Assembly: GCA_951406725.2 (NCBI GenBank)
Contig: OX597817.1
Span: forward strand, 150,412,001-150,476,000
Direction: 5' to 3'
DNA from: Octopus vulgaris
Taxonomy: Eukaryota
DNA: 64,000 nt
Both the position numbers and the translations under genes were made by a program. Position 1 is the first letter of the stretch, and each line of letters begins with the position of its first letter. The notes under the pieces are model-generated. The model made no database searches. It was not told the DNA's origin and saw only the letters and a list, made by a program, of their open reading frames with translations. Positions 1 to 11,899 of this stretch are shown in pieces.

Positions 1-803
1 GCTTATTTGGACCTACTCAGGACATGGTGTTTTTTGCAGTTTGACTTCATGAATACAACCTATTGTAAATCTTGCTATGTGCACTAACTGAAAACTCACA
101 AAAGGCTCATTAGTTATGTAGTGACTCACTGCTACTGCAGTCAGCTGTACCTACCAATAACTAGGCAATAACTTGTTTATTGAGTATTACTCTTTTTATC
201 AGGAACAAAGCAAAATGATATCATAATGACTCAGCCGGCTATAAGTCTCTGGGACAATAGCATGGGTGTGTAAAGTAAATAAGAATTTGCATTGAAGAAG
301 TTAAATCAGACCGTGAAGAAGCTCACAAATGTAATGGCAAGTAAGGAATACACAACAACAAACACACCATTATGTTAATTCAGAAAAACAGATAATAAAA
401 CCTATGAAAAGAGCATTAACAATATCTATTCTAGTTCAGATGTGATAATGCTGCATGAACAGCAAAAATATTCCGACTTATGTATATTCTAAAACTGCAA
501 TAGAAAATAAGACGAAGAATACTCCGGCATTCGTAATTTATAATGCAAATTTTGAATGTAAAATTAGAATATAAATAATTTGCTGACAAAGAATAGTCCA
601 AAGTGTATTCCTTATTTTTGTTACAGAACTTTTAGTGATGTTAGATAATAGAAGGGTAATTTAGCAATGATTAGCAATGATAAAGCCAATTTTGAACATT
701 ACACAAGTATAGAAAACAGATGTAAAAACATTATATCGAAGTAGCAATTTTTTTAAAGTAATACAATTATAAAACAACAGCTATAAATTATGTACAAACA
801 TAC

Positions 804-934
804 CTTCTGGAATGCTTCTGATAATCATAATCTCTAGTGGCTTTTCTTCTCTTTGATTTGCAATATCCATACGCGTCGTCATCATAAGGAGAATCTCGGC
901 TAGGAGATCTACGCCTTCGACGTGATTTTGGCAT
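804..934 (-). CDS. RS-rich first coding exon (MPKSRRRRRSPSRDSPYDDDAYGYCKSKRRKATRDYDYQKHSR+2 nt), probably a CLK/LAMMER (Doa-like) dual-specificity kinase; gene continues left of the window
   Basis: Minus strand reads tttaac (branch-like) gctggttgtttttgttccag|ATG ... AGAAG|gtatgt: canonical acceptor and donor, 43 codons + 2 nt, locally CpG-rich. The CLK assignment is inferred from composition and from the ATG sitting directly at the acceptor; no kinase domain is in the window. Confidence 0.75.
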
Positions 935-2021
935 CTGGAACAAAAACAACCAGCGTTAAAAATGCTGCAGTATGCTACTTCACAATGATTTTCAGTTACT
1001 TTATATATCAATAAATATGCAAGTGTGAGATAATCAATTCTCTGATTTTCCCATATCAGATGGACATAAACATTATGTGATTAGCACAGTTGAGGTCAGA
1101 TATTTTCCCAGACTACACACAAGACATTATTTCAACACAGTACCAAAAGTTACCAAAACACTCCAAAATTGAATGCACTTCACAATTACCCATTTATTGT
1201 TACACAATTCTATGGTCCCAACTGACAAGTGAACCAAGCAATAGGAAGAGAAGTGCCAGTTACATGGTCATTTTGCATATAAATTTCCTTACTGATTGAA
1301 AACGTCTAGCTCAACATTCTTCTTTGCTTCTGTAAAGATACGTCACAGTATCAAAATCATTCAGTTGCCAATTTGCAAAATAGAATGATCCTCTGAAATC
1401 TTATCTTTGTCTTTTGTATAACAGATAGATGGTTTGGGAGGATCTTAAATCAACTTTTACATAAACTACTATATCTTATTGTGAAAAATGATTCAATCAA
1501 ATATTCTAAAATATAAAGAAACACCTGTCCTTCTATATATAACTTCATTTCTTCATTAATTAAGTGTAGTAAAATATCTAATGATGTTAGGTTCATGAAT
1601 ACTTATAAAGCTGTCAGTGTATGGACAGAAAAGTAATTCAACTACATGTAGATCAGAATTATGTCCCATGCATAAGTTCTCTACCTTTTTTCTCTTCACG
1701 CAGCACAAGAGCAGAAACAAAAGCAAAAAAAAAAAAAGTGATGATACACTCACAAGGAAAGTATTTTTAAAAATTGTAATTTTACGAAATCAACAGACAG
1801 TATGCAATTTTATCATACACACATGTAGCAAAAATAATAATTACAGGTGTATCAAGAGAATAGAATATATTTTGATCTTCTACCACTATATATATTTATA
1901 AATGCTCATAGACTATCTAACAATATCCATTACTGCCACAGGGCAATATATGAAAAACACTGCATTATTAATTGAAAAAATATTTAAATGCAAACAAAGT
2001 AACAATGGTCTTATATTTTTT

Positions 2022-2403
2022 ATTTTACTTGTTCCAATCATTTAACTGCAGCCATGCTGGAACACTGCCTTTAGTCGAGCAAATCGATCCCAGGACTTAT
2101 TCTTTGTAAGCCTAGTACTTATTCTATCGGTCTCTTTTGCCGAACCAGTAAGTTACGGGGGCGTAAACACACCAGCATCGGTTATCAAACGATGTTGGGG
2201 GGGACAAGCACAGACATACAAATACATATAAAAATATACACGACGGGCTTCTTTCAGTTTCCGTCTACCAAATCCACTCACAAGGATTTGGTCGGTCCAA
2301 AGCTATAGTAAAAGACACTTGCCCAAGGTGCCACGCAGTGGGACTAAACCCAGAACCATATGGTTGGTGAGCAAGCTAGTTACCACACAGCCACTCCTGC
2401 ACC
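2022..2403 (-). mobile_element. CORE-type tRNA-derived SINE (octopus OR-like), near full length
   Basis: Reverse complement of the 8437-8833 element: tRNA-like head, GGCACCTTGGGCAAGTGTC core, tail ending in ACAAGTAAAA. Confidence 0.85.
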
Positions 2404-3138
2404 TATAAATTTGCATACAACACCACCACAGATGTGAGCAGTACTTCTCTAACTGAACCAGTTGATCTTGACTATTACCTATTTTTAGTTACTCCACCCA
2501 ACATTGTGATTATACACCATTATGCTGTTTAAATTTTATACAGAAGTACAGATACTTGTGTATTCACATTATATACAAATATGTGCATATATTAACATAC
2601 ATGTAAAATAAACATAAGCATATATACAAACACACACACATGCATGCATAAACACAATCTACCTATCTAATATTTCAGGTAAGTTGCCCAGACCAAAACC
2701 ACTCTTTCTCTCCAAGTATCCCTGTCTTCCATGACATTTTTGAGGTTTCTATTTCTAACCCGAAATTCCATAAGATTGATCAATGTAAACCATTCTGAGT
2801 CATCTGAGAATTCCCATGGTTTGGGATCCACAGGAGCACATTCAGTAACACAACTTTCCTTCAATAACAGTGAACAGCATACCATGTTCTCTGCTCTTCA
2901 ATGATTGAAGATATGCTGGGTGATATTTCCACGAAGTTTTTCTTTTGTCAGACATAATAGATTCCATGATTTGCTGAGAACAACATACAACATATATGAA
3001 ATGGTGAAATCGTTCAAGCCTATGGTGTATAATCACACTGTTGGGTGGAGTAACTAAAAATAGTTAATAGTCAAGATCAACTGGTTTAGTTGGAGAAGTA
3101 CTGCTCACATCTGCAGTGGTGGTGTATGTAGATTTATA
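2404..3138. repeat. Long inverted repeat, arms of about 117 bp (2404-2520 and 3022-3138), spacer about 500 bp
   Basis: cagatgtgagcagtacttctc...gtgattatacaccat is matched in reverse complement by atggtgtataatcac...gagaagtactgctcacatctg with few mismatches. Confidence 0.9.
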
Positions 3139-4070
3139 CTTTCAGCTATCAATAGACAAGTGAGGACTTTAAATCTACCAAAATGCTTAAATTGCATCGC
3201 TCATTGTGTAAGTGAACAAGGTGCACTTTCTGTAGTGATCAATCTGGCTCCAGGTCCCAAAAAGTGATACAAACCTAAAGCATACACTCTTGAAATACAA
3301 GAAGTCAATGTCAGTATCAAACTTCAATATTTGCACTCTACACACAATGTTAGTCATTGCAACTCATAGCATTAGCTACTGATCATCGACCTGAAGGTCA
3401 ACTGCATACAGAAGGATAAAACCTGAAGCATCACACAATGGGAAAGGGATGAATATTGGTTGAAGCATCCTCCTTAAAGAACTCCGCAAATAGTAAGATA
3501 GGAGGTGTAGGAATGCTACTCAGTCTGCATGCATTTTCAGTACAGATCAATATCAAGAGCTCCCTTCAGATCTATTGCTACCTTCAATGGAAACATGCAA
3601 ACCACTGTGATTTCATGCTACAACCCACAAGTATATCTGATGAGCAAGTTGTATCCCTTTTCTATGAACTATCAATCATAGTTCATGCAATACCAAAGTA
3701 AAATGTCCAGATCATTACTGGCAATATGAAAGCACAATAAGTAATCAGCAAATGTCACAAGCATTCCTTTCATGAAAGAACCTATGAAAATGGCACAGAA
3801 TTCGAGCATTTTCTGATTAAAAATAGCTGGTGTTGTCTTGACACTCAGTTTCAGAAGTTGAATGGAAAGTTATGGACTCATATGTACAATAAGTGCTGGC
3901 TCAAATCGATTACATCATTATCAATAAAAAATGGATCAATAGCAGACATGTGTAAAGTATTTTAACTCTTTTGAAGTCATATCATCTGATCATTGAATCA
4001 TACTGGGTCGATTCCAGCTGAGTATGCATGCAAACAGAAAGATGAGCTTGAGGGAACCTCCATGAATGCA
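2667..4070. mobile_element. Decayed RTE-like LINE pieces: 3' end on minus (about 2667-3020), AP-endonuclease region on plus (about 3300-4070)
   Basis: NLKNVMEDRDTWRERV resembles an RTE C-terminus; NSANSKIGGVGMLLS and a QIDYIIINKKW-like stretch near 3900 resemble APE motifs; many stops and frameshifts. Confidence 0.6.
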
Positions 4071-4225
4071 AGCAACTATCCAATACACACATACATTTAA
4101 ATATACACACTCACACATTCACCCAAACATATGTATACACGTTTGTCTATAGTCATATATATGAGTATGAATGTATGTATACCTGTATATGTAGATGCAT
4201 ATATATATATTTTGTATTGCGTATA

Positions 4226-5420
4226 TCATCATTTAACATGTTAGCATGGGCTGGACAGTTTGACAGGATCCAGTAAGCCACACGGCTGTATTGTGCTCCA
4301 TGTCAGCTTTGGCATAGTTTCTACAGCTGGATGCCCCTCCTAACACTAACTACTTCAGAGTGTACTGAATGTTTTTTCCAAGGTACCAGCACCATTGGGA
4401 TTACCACGTACCCACAGAACAAGATCCTTCAACTGAGTAGAGTATAGAGGGATATCAAAGTAAGGGGCAGGAGCTAATGTTTTGCTGAAAAGGTGAATAC
4501 ATGGCTTCCCTATCTGAGAAGAGATGTGAGGTCAAGGTATAATGTTAATGAGAGAGAGAGAGAGAAAGAAAGAGAAAAGTAGGATAGAGAAACAGCAAAG
4601 GTGGTTTGGTAGGTAAGAGTACTACAGTGAAAACAGTATGATATGATTAGCAATGGGGACTGAGTTGGATGTAGTGAATATAAGTTTGGAGAGGGAAAGT
4701 GAAGGAAAGGATGAGTGGATCAGGGATGAGGTGACAAGGGACAGTAGTGGAGACACAATAAGAAGTGTAGGGAAGATAAGTCCTTCGCATTATTTACAAT
4801 GCCTGAGTGAGTAGTAGTACTGCAGGAGATTGCTAGAAGGCTGGGTGTTAAAAGACAAGTTACAAGGAAGGCTTCACTGGACCACAATGTTGCAGAGGCA
4901 GACAGGTCTTCTCAATCACATCATATTATATCTTTAATCTCAGTCTTGTTATCTCTTCCAAGAGGACTAATATCTTGAGGTATCTTCATATGTCTTCCAG
5001 GGTTTCTGTCTTCCACAGGCTCCTTCAATGTTTTGTAATCAGCACTTCTTTATACAGCTTTCCTTGTCCATCTTTATCATATTACTATACCAGTGCAATG
5101 TTCTCTCCCACACACCACATCTGATGCCTCTTATGCTCAATTTTTCTCTCGAAACATTTGTACTTTGTCATACATGAACATTTACACTGCACATCCAGCC
5201 AAGCATTTCTTTCTAGTTTTTGCATGTCCCCTGCATTCACAGACCAAATTTTACAACCATATAGTATTGCTGTTCATACACAGGGCTGAACAACCTGCCT
5301 TTCACAGAGAAAGGCCTTTTGTTACGAACTAAGGTAATAGTTCTTTGCTTACAGTATCCCAACACCTAATTAGGTCACCAAGGTAACAAACTAAGTACTA
5401 CCTGAGGATCCTCCTGGACA
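4226..5420 (-). mobile_element. Degenerate 5'-truncated copy of the RTE family seen at 46.3-50.2 kb
   Basis: aaggccttttgttacgaactaaggtaatagttctttg matches the reverse of about 49100-49145; the (CAT)n-tttaac tail lies at 4226-4400. Confidence 0.65.
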
Positions 5421-6355
5421 TTGCAGAAAATTTATATCCTATATGCTCTTAGTGTTCACTGCAGCTATGCACTTCCCACAAACAAAGCCTACTTAATCTA
5501 CTGCACTATCTATGTATACAGAATTTGCCGTAAGTACAACATATGGAATTTCTACCAACAGCTCTTCTACATATTGAACAGAGTCACTTGCCTGAAGAGA
5601 TTAACATCCTGCTCGTCTGCCCTGCTAACTAAAACCTTGATTTTTAAATTAACTGTAAGGCTCTTTGATTCAACATAAACCTGTACACACATACACATGC
5701 ACAACATACATTTATATATCATCATCTGACCCATGCAAGCATAAGTCAGTAAAATCTCTCAGAGTCAATTTTTCTGCACCTGGATGCTCTTCTTGTCACC
5801 AACCACATTTGATTCCAAGCAAAGTAATATTTTTCCATGATTAGACATGTTTTCATAAAGGATTGAAAATATTTGTATGTTGGTATCAGTTATTTACAAT
5901 ACAAGGGGAGAAAAAAAATACAAATGCGTACATACTCGCACGCACACACAGAGATACATAGCAATAGCATAACCATCGTTTTACTGACCACATTTCCATG
6001 CTCAGATGGGATGAACATAATTTGTTGAAGCAGATTTTCTACAGCCAGATGCCATTCTTTTGCCAACTCTCACCCACTTCCAGCTAAAAGTAATATTTTT
6101 CATGACCAGACAAGCTTTCACAGAATATTGTCAATAAAGAGCACTGCTTGTGTGATAGTGAAAGTCATTTACAACTATCACATAGATATATATACACGTG
6201 CTTCTTTCAGTTTCTGTCTACCAAATTCACCCCCAAGGCTTTAGTTAGCCAGGGGCACACAATAGGACTGAACTGTTAAGTCACATGAATGAGAGAGAGT
6301 GCAAGTGTGTATGGATGTATACACACATCCATATATATAGACATATGCACATTCA

Positions 6356-6396
<41 letters not shown>

Positions 6397-6664
6397 AGGA
6401 TAAGATCATTAATTTTAAAATAAAATAATTTTATTTTTAAATTAACAATCTTATCCTTATTTATATAAATTTAAATTTATTTCGTCACTGTATTTACTGC
6501 GGCGATATTTTGACCATATCTCACATGGATTTAAACGGCGGGCATTTTGAACTGGCCATGATGCATACGTGCATATATATGTAGGTATATGTTCGTATAT
6601 GTAAGTATTCGTATGTCATATTCATATATATATATATATGTATTTATGTTTCTCTTCTGTGTGC

Positions 6665-6723
6665 ATTCTACTGATGAGGCAAAGCATTCCTAAATACAAA
6701 GCCAGAAATCTGGGATCTAGAAT
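6665..6723 (+). ncRNA. Type I hammerhead-ribozyme-like motif
   Basis: ATTCTA-CTGATGA-GGC(loop)GCC-a-GAAA-TC tgg GA-TC-TAGAAT: 6-bp stem I, intact CUGAUGA, one extra A before GAAA, AUC cleavage triplet. Confidence 0.6.
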
Positions 6724-6879
6724 TATCCAGTAATTTTTACTAGTTTCATCATGTCTCTGTTTTCTCTCCAAGTTGCTATATGGACAATTAAGGTGGTTTT
6801 AGAGTCAGATCATGGCTGCTATTTTCAGCATGGTGGTATAAGGTTATATATATTATAATAATAATAATATATTTATATA

Positions 6880-7394
6880 CAGGGCAATTGAAAAGTAACT
6901 CATTTTAAAATACTTATAAATTATTGTGATTTTTTTTTCTCAAATATTTTGTGTTTGTTTTTTGAAGTATGAGAATTTAATCTGTAACTGTATTGCTCTT
7001 GTTCATGAATGGCTGAATGCCCACTGCACCAGGAGATGGATGGGTCATCATGGTCCACAGGAGTGGACAATCAGGAGTCCTGACTTAACACCCTGTGACT
7101 TCTTTCTTTGGGGTTGGTTAAAGGAACAAGTCTACTGTACCAAACTTTGAAAGAACTTTGAAAGGGCAAATATAAGTTATGTCTTCTTCCATCCCAGAAG
7201 AGTTCTTGGTGAAATCAGCTGACAATTTCTGGGTGACTCAAGAAGCTGGTGGCAACATCTGGAGCCCATATCGAATTTTAAATAAAATTTCATACTAAAA
7301 GCTTTCCTCTCATATCCATGTTTTTGTAAAAATAACAATTAATAAATAATTTTATAAGCATTTTAAAATAAGGAGTTACTTTTCAATCACCATG
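6880..7394 (+). mobile_element. Internally deleted Tc1/mariner-superfamily DNA transposon
   Basis: TA-flanked imperfect TIRs (cagggcaattgaaaagtaactc / gagttacttttcaatcaccatg) and transposase C-terminal motif RWMGHHGPQEWTIRSPDLTPCDFFLWGWLKEQVY. Confidence 0.9.
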
Positions 7395-8061
7395 TATATA
7401 AAGACATCTACATATATATTTCAACAACAGAAAAAGACCAGTCGATTGCATTTGTTGATATAACTAGATAGAAATCAGATAGTTCTTTGCAGATTGTGAC
7501 AGCTCAGAGACAAGGCTGAAGAGTATCAAGTTACACTTTTGGCTCTTGTTAAAATGGTTTCATCTACAATTGTACAGAGAGTCAGATAAGTTCACGTGTA
7601 CTCATACATGCTATACAATTATAAACACATATGCCTCGTGGTACACATACATATCCACACATTGCATACATACACATAAGTGTGTGTTTATCATAATCAT
7701 CATTGATTAACGTCCATTTTCCATGGACGGTTTGACGTGGACCTGGCCAGGCTCCAATTGTTGTTTTGGCAAGGTTTCTACAACTGGATGCCCTTTACGT
7801 GGTACCAGCATGCCAACATGGGTGCATTTTACGTGGCACCAGCACCTTGAAGACTGCTATAATGCAAGAAAGTATACTAGTCCCTTAATATTTTATATTC
7901 AATATTTCATCTATTCAATAAGAGAATCAATACTTCATTTCATTTTACTATATATATATTATTTATACTATATATTCTACATTAATATTACAAAGAATAT
8001 AAATAAAACATAAAAAACAGAGTTGGAATTTCTTTGAATAATATTATTATATATTATTCAA

Positions 8062-8425
8062 AGAGTGGCTGTGTGGTAAGTAGCTTGCTTACCAACCACA
8101 TGGTTCCGGATTCAGTCCCACTGTGTGGCACCTTGGCCAAGTGTTTTCTACTATAGCCTCGGGCCGACCAAAGCCTTGTGAGTGGATTTGGTAGACGGAA
8201 ACTGAAAGAAGCCTGTCGTGTGTGTGTATGTGTTTGTCCCCCAACATCGTTTGACAACCGATGACAGCGTGTTTACATCCCTGTAACTTAGCGGTTCGGC
8301 AAAAGAGACCGATAGAATAAGTATTAGGCTTACAAAGAATAAGTCCTGGGGTCGATTTACTCAACTAAAGGCGGTGCTCCAGCATGGCCACAGCCACATG
8401 ACTGAAACAAGTAAAAGAGTAAAGA
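8062..8425 (+). mobile_element. CORE-type tRNA-SINE, first of a tandem pair
   Basis: A-box GTGGCTGTGTGG, B-box-like GATTCAGTCCC, CORE-like segment, internal (TG)n, GTAAAAGA tail. Confidence 0.9.
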
Positions 8426-8436
8426 GTATATATATA

Positions 8437-8833
8437 GGCGCAGGCGTGGCTGTGTGGTAAGTAGCTTGTTTACCAGCCACATGGTTCCGGGTTCAGGCCC
8501 ACTGCGTGGCATCTTGGGCAAGTGTCTTCTACTATAGCCTCGGACCGACCAAAGCCTTGTGAGTGAATTTGGTAGACGGAAACTGAAAGAAGCCCGTCGT
8601 ATATATGTATATATATGTGTATGTTTGTGTGTCTGTATGTGTCCCCCTAGCATTGCTTGACAACCGATGCTGGTGTGTTTATGTCCCCGTTACTTAGCGG
8701 TTCGGCAAAAGAGACCGATAAAATAAGTACTGGGCTTACAAAAGAATAAGTCCCGGGGTCGAGTAGCACGATTAAAGGCGGTGCTCCAGCATGGCCGCAG
8801 TCAAATGACTGAAACAAGTAAAAGAGTAAAAGA
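8437..8833 (+). mobile_element. CORE-type tRNA-SINE, second of a tandem pair, full length
   Basis: Starts GGCGCAGGCGTGGCTGTGTGG; ends GGCGGTGCTCCAGCATGGCCGCAGTCAAATGACTGAAACAAGTAAAAGAGTAAAAGA. Confidence 0.9.
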
Positions 8834-9444
8834 GATATTCCAAACAGGAGACTGGAAAATTTTTGATATTATTTATTCATCATTACACACGTTTTCATTT
8901 GCTAATAGAAGTTACAAAAACGTATATGTAGTAGAATATATGTACAATATCTCCCATTAGAAATTCTTCAGTCAAAGAACCAAATAATATTATTTGATAT
9001 TATTCACATGTAACGAATAAATAATTTCCAACCTCTTGTTTTGCAATTACTCTGCAGAAAATATTTTCCAGTATTTTCAACTCTTATGCATACCTCACAC
9101 AATGATATAAGCCAATGTGCTTCAAAAGACAGCTTAGATTTTAACCATATCTACATAATATCATCATCATTGTTTAACGTACATTTTCCATGCATGCATG
9201 TGTAGGATGGTTGACAGGAGCCAGCCAAGTTGAAAAATAACCCTAGGCTACTGTGTCTGTTTTGGCAATGAATTTATGGCTGGATGCCCTTCCTAATACA
9301 CCAACCATGCAGCAGAATGGACTGTGTGCTTTTTATGTGGCACCAGTACAAGCCAGGTTAGTTTTTACAGCTGGATGCCCTTCCTCCAACCATCTACAGG
9401 CATGGATAAATATATACACATAAAAACGCAACCACACACACAGT

Positions 9445-9776
9445 ATGGCTGTGTAGTAAAAGTTTGCTTCCCAACCACATGGTTCCAGGTTCAATCCCAC
9501 TACATACCATCTAGTCTTCTACTATAGCCTCAGGCCTATCAAAGCCTTGTGAGCAGATTTCATGGACAGAAACTTAAAGAAGCCCAATGTGTTCATATTA
9601 TATACATATGTACACATACACTCGTATTGGTGTTTATATACCCATAACATAGCAGCGCAAGACCAATAGAATAAGTACCAGGCTCAAAAAATAACATTGG
9701 GGTCAATTCATTTGGCTAGAAGTTTAAGGTGTTTCCTCTGCAAGGCCACAGTCTGATGACTGACACAAGTAAAAGA
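9445..9776 (+). mobile_element. Diverged CORE-type SINE copy
   Basis: Collinear but CpG-decayed match to 8437-8833. Confidence 0.75.
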
Positions 9777-10184
9777 TATCTGCCTTGACAAATTCCTTCT
9801 TATCCATGCAAGCAATGAAAAGTGGACAGTGGATGAATACAATACACACTGCGTTGAGCATAAATATATACTGCCTAATTAATGATGGGCCATCTAAAAG
9901 CATAGTCAGATAGGTTCATAAGTTAGTAGACTAGGTAAATCTTTAATGCTAACATTTAAGAGAAAAGGCAAAGGATACATCCTCTGTGATGATCAGTGTG
10001 CTTGTGCTATGCAAAAAGCACTCAGTCCACTCTGCTGAGTGGCTGGTGTTAGCACCCAGCTGTAAAAACCCTGCCAAAACAATTAGACAAGTCTGGTACA
10101 GGCTCCTGTCAAACCCTCCACCCATGCCAGCTTGGAAGGCAGACGTTAAATGACAACAATGATTATATATGTATAGGATAAGGG

Positions 10185-10460
10185 TAAAGACACCCTTTGG
10201 TCACAAATAACCATGGGATTGCACCGAGGAAGTTCCACCTCCGAGGAACAAGTCCAAACAAGGTTGTTTGTGGAAGACCAGCTGTCATCCATGGCCCCGA
10301 TGTTGTCCAAGGCTGATACAGCTCAGAACCAGTGACGTTGCAACTCATTTCTACAGTGAAATAAAGTGCCTTGCTCAAGGACACAAAACAGCCTAGTCTG
10401 GGAATCAAACTCACAACCTCATGATTGTAAGCCAAATGCTCTAACCACTGAGTCATGTGA
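10185..10460 (-). mobile_element. tRNA-headed SINE of a second family (also 51505-51830; heads at 13303-13460 and 40510-40800)
   Basis: Minus strand CATGACTCAGTGGTTAGAGC...GAGTTTGATTCCCAG...GTGTCCTTGAGCAAGGCACTTTATTTCAC; 3' part shared with 51505-51600. Confidence 0.7.
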
Positions 10461-10964
10461 CTTCATGGAGAACTTTCTAGGTGCAATCCCATGGTCATTC
10501 ATGACCAAAGTGGGGGAGGCTTTATTTTTGTGTATGTTTGTATGCACACACACACACACGTTGGCATGGATGACATTAAACAATGATATATATATATATA
10601 CATACACACACACACACATAAACATGCATAAATACACATATGTATACATATATCATTACAACAGAATGCAGGTTACATTCACATAAGACTAACAGGTAAA
10701 GTATTTGCATTTTAATTATGCATGAAGCCTTGCTGTGCCTATTGTGAGCTCAGTATCTATGAAGCAGTATGCGTTAGCATATAGTTATGATGAGCATGTG
10801 TGGACATGCATGCATGCATGTATTGTTACCAATCTGAGTCATTATTTGCAACTGTTTTTTAGCATTATTCAATAAAGCATGTGCTTGCGTATAAGCATAC
10901 TTCCTTGTGTGTAATAGGGTGACTGGGGATCTATTGCCTACCAGGAATAGATTGTGGAGGATTT

Positions 10965-11272
10965 TGAGTATGAAGTTTACTTCCCAGCCTTGAGGTTTCA
11001 GGTTCAGTCACATTGTGGGGCATATTAGGCAAATGCCTTCTATTATAAGCCCTGGGTCAACCAAGGCCTTGCGGCTGGATTGACAGCTGGAAACCAAAAG
11101 AAGCCCATCATATGTATGTACATTCATTTCTTGCAGAAAGCATATCTGGGATGTTTGTTGTTCAACAGACCGAGAGATTAATAGATCATCTGGAAACGGG
11201 CAAGGGTTGGCATCAGGAAGAACGTCTAGCTGTAGAAAACTCTGCCTCAATATAATCTTATCAAACCCATGC
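10965..11272 (+). mobile_element. SINE with CORE-type head and RTE-type tail
   Basis: Head matches the 8437 family up to AAAGAAGCCC, then continues into GGGTTGGCATCAGGAAGAACGTCTAGCTGTAGAAA...AACCCATGC, resembling 50048-50153. Confidence 0.6.
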
Positions 11273-11899
11273 ACACATGTATATATATATATATATATAT
11301 TAAAATGTTGACAATACATACACACACACATAAGCATAGATGTGGTTGTATGGTAAGAAGATTGCTGTCTATCTACATGGTTCCAGGTTCAGTCCCACTG
11401 CGTGACATCTTGGGCAAGTGTTTTCTAGAGTGTCAGGTCAACCCAAGCCTAGTAAATGAATTTGATAAACAGAAACTGAAAGATGTCTGTTGTGTGCACG
11501 TGTGTGTGCCTACATCTGTCCCCCACCATCACTTAACAACAGGAGCTGGTTTGTTTACATCCCCATCACTTAGGTGTTGGAGAAATCAACCAACACTTAC
11601 TGACTATAATTATAGAGATAGACAGAATCACATGAACGCATGCACACACACACACACAGAGGCACAGTCATAGCATTATGGTTAAGAAGCCTGCTTGTAA
11701 ACCACACGACTTCAGGTTCAGACTCACTACACTGCATCTTGAGCAATAGTCTTCTACAGCTCTACTATAGTGTTTCAATAGTGAAAGCTCTATGAAAGTT
11801 GTCTTAAATGTACATGTATGTCTGTTTCTGCAAATGCTTACATTTTCTTCCTGACTACAAGTCATGTGAACATATCATTTCAACCTCAAAGTGTGCATG

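Noticed and set aside
781-1011. 76-aa ORF from the track
   Set aside because: Wrong frame; the splice-bounded RS-rich reading of 804-934 is far more convincing.
8437-8510. tRNA-like heads of SINEs as tRNA genes (also 51760-51830, 62918-63010)
   Set aside because: A and B boxes present but no closed cloverleaf, and they run directly into SINE bodies.
8885-8975. Minus-strand CTGAAGA-atttctaat...attagcaaat-GAAA hammerhead-like motif
   Set aside because: No convincing stem I, stem III or cleavage triplet; at most a decayed copy.
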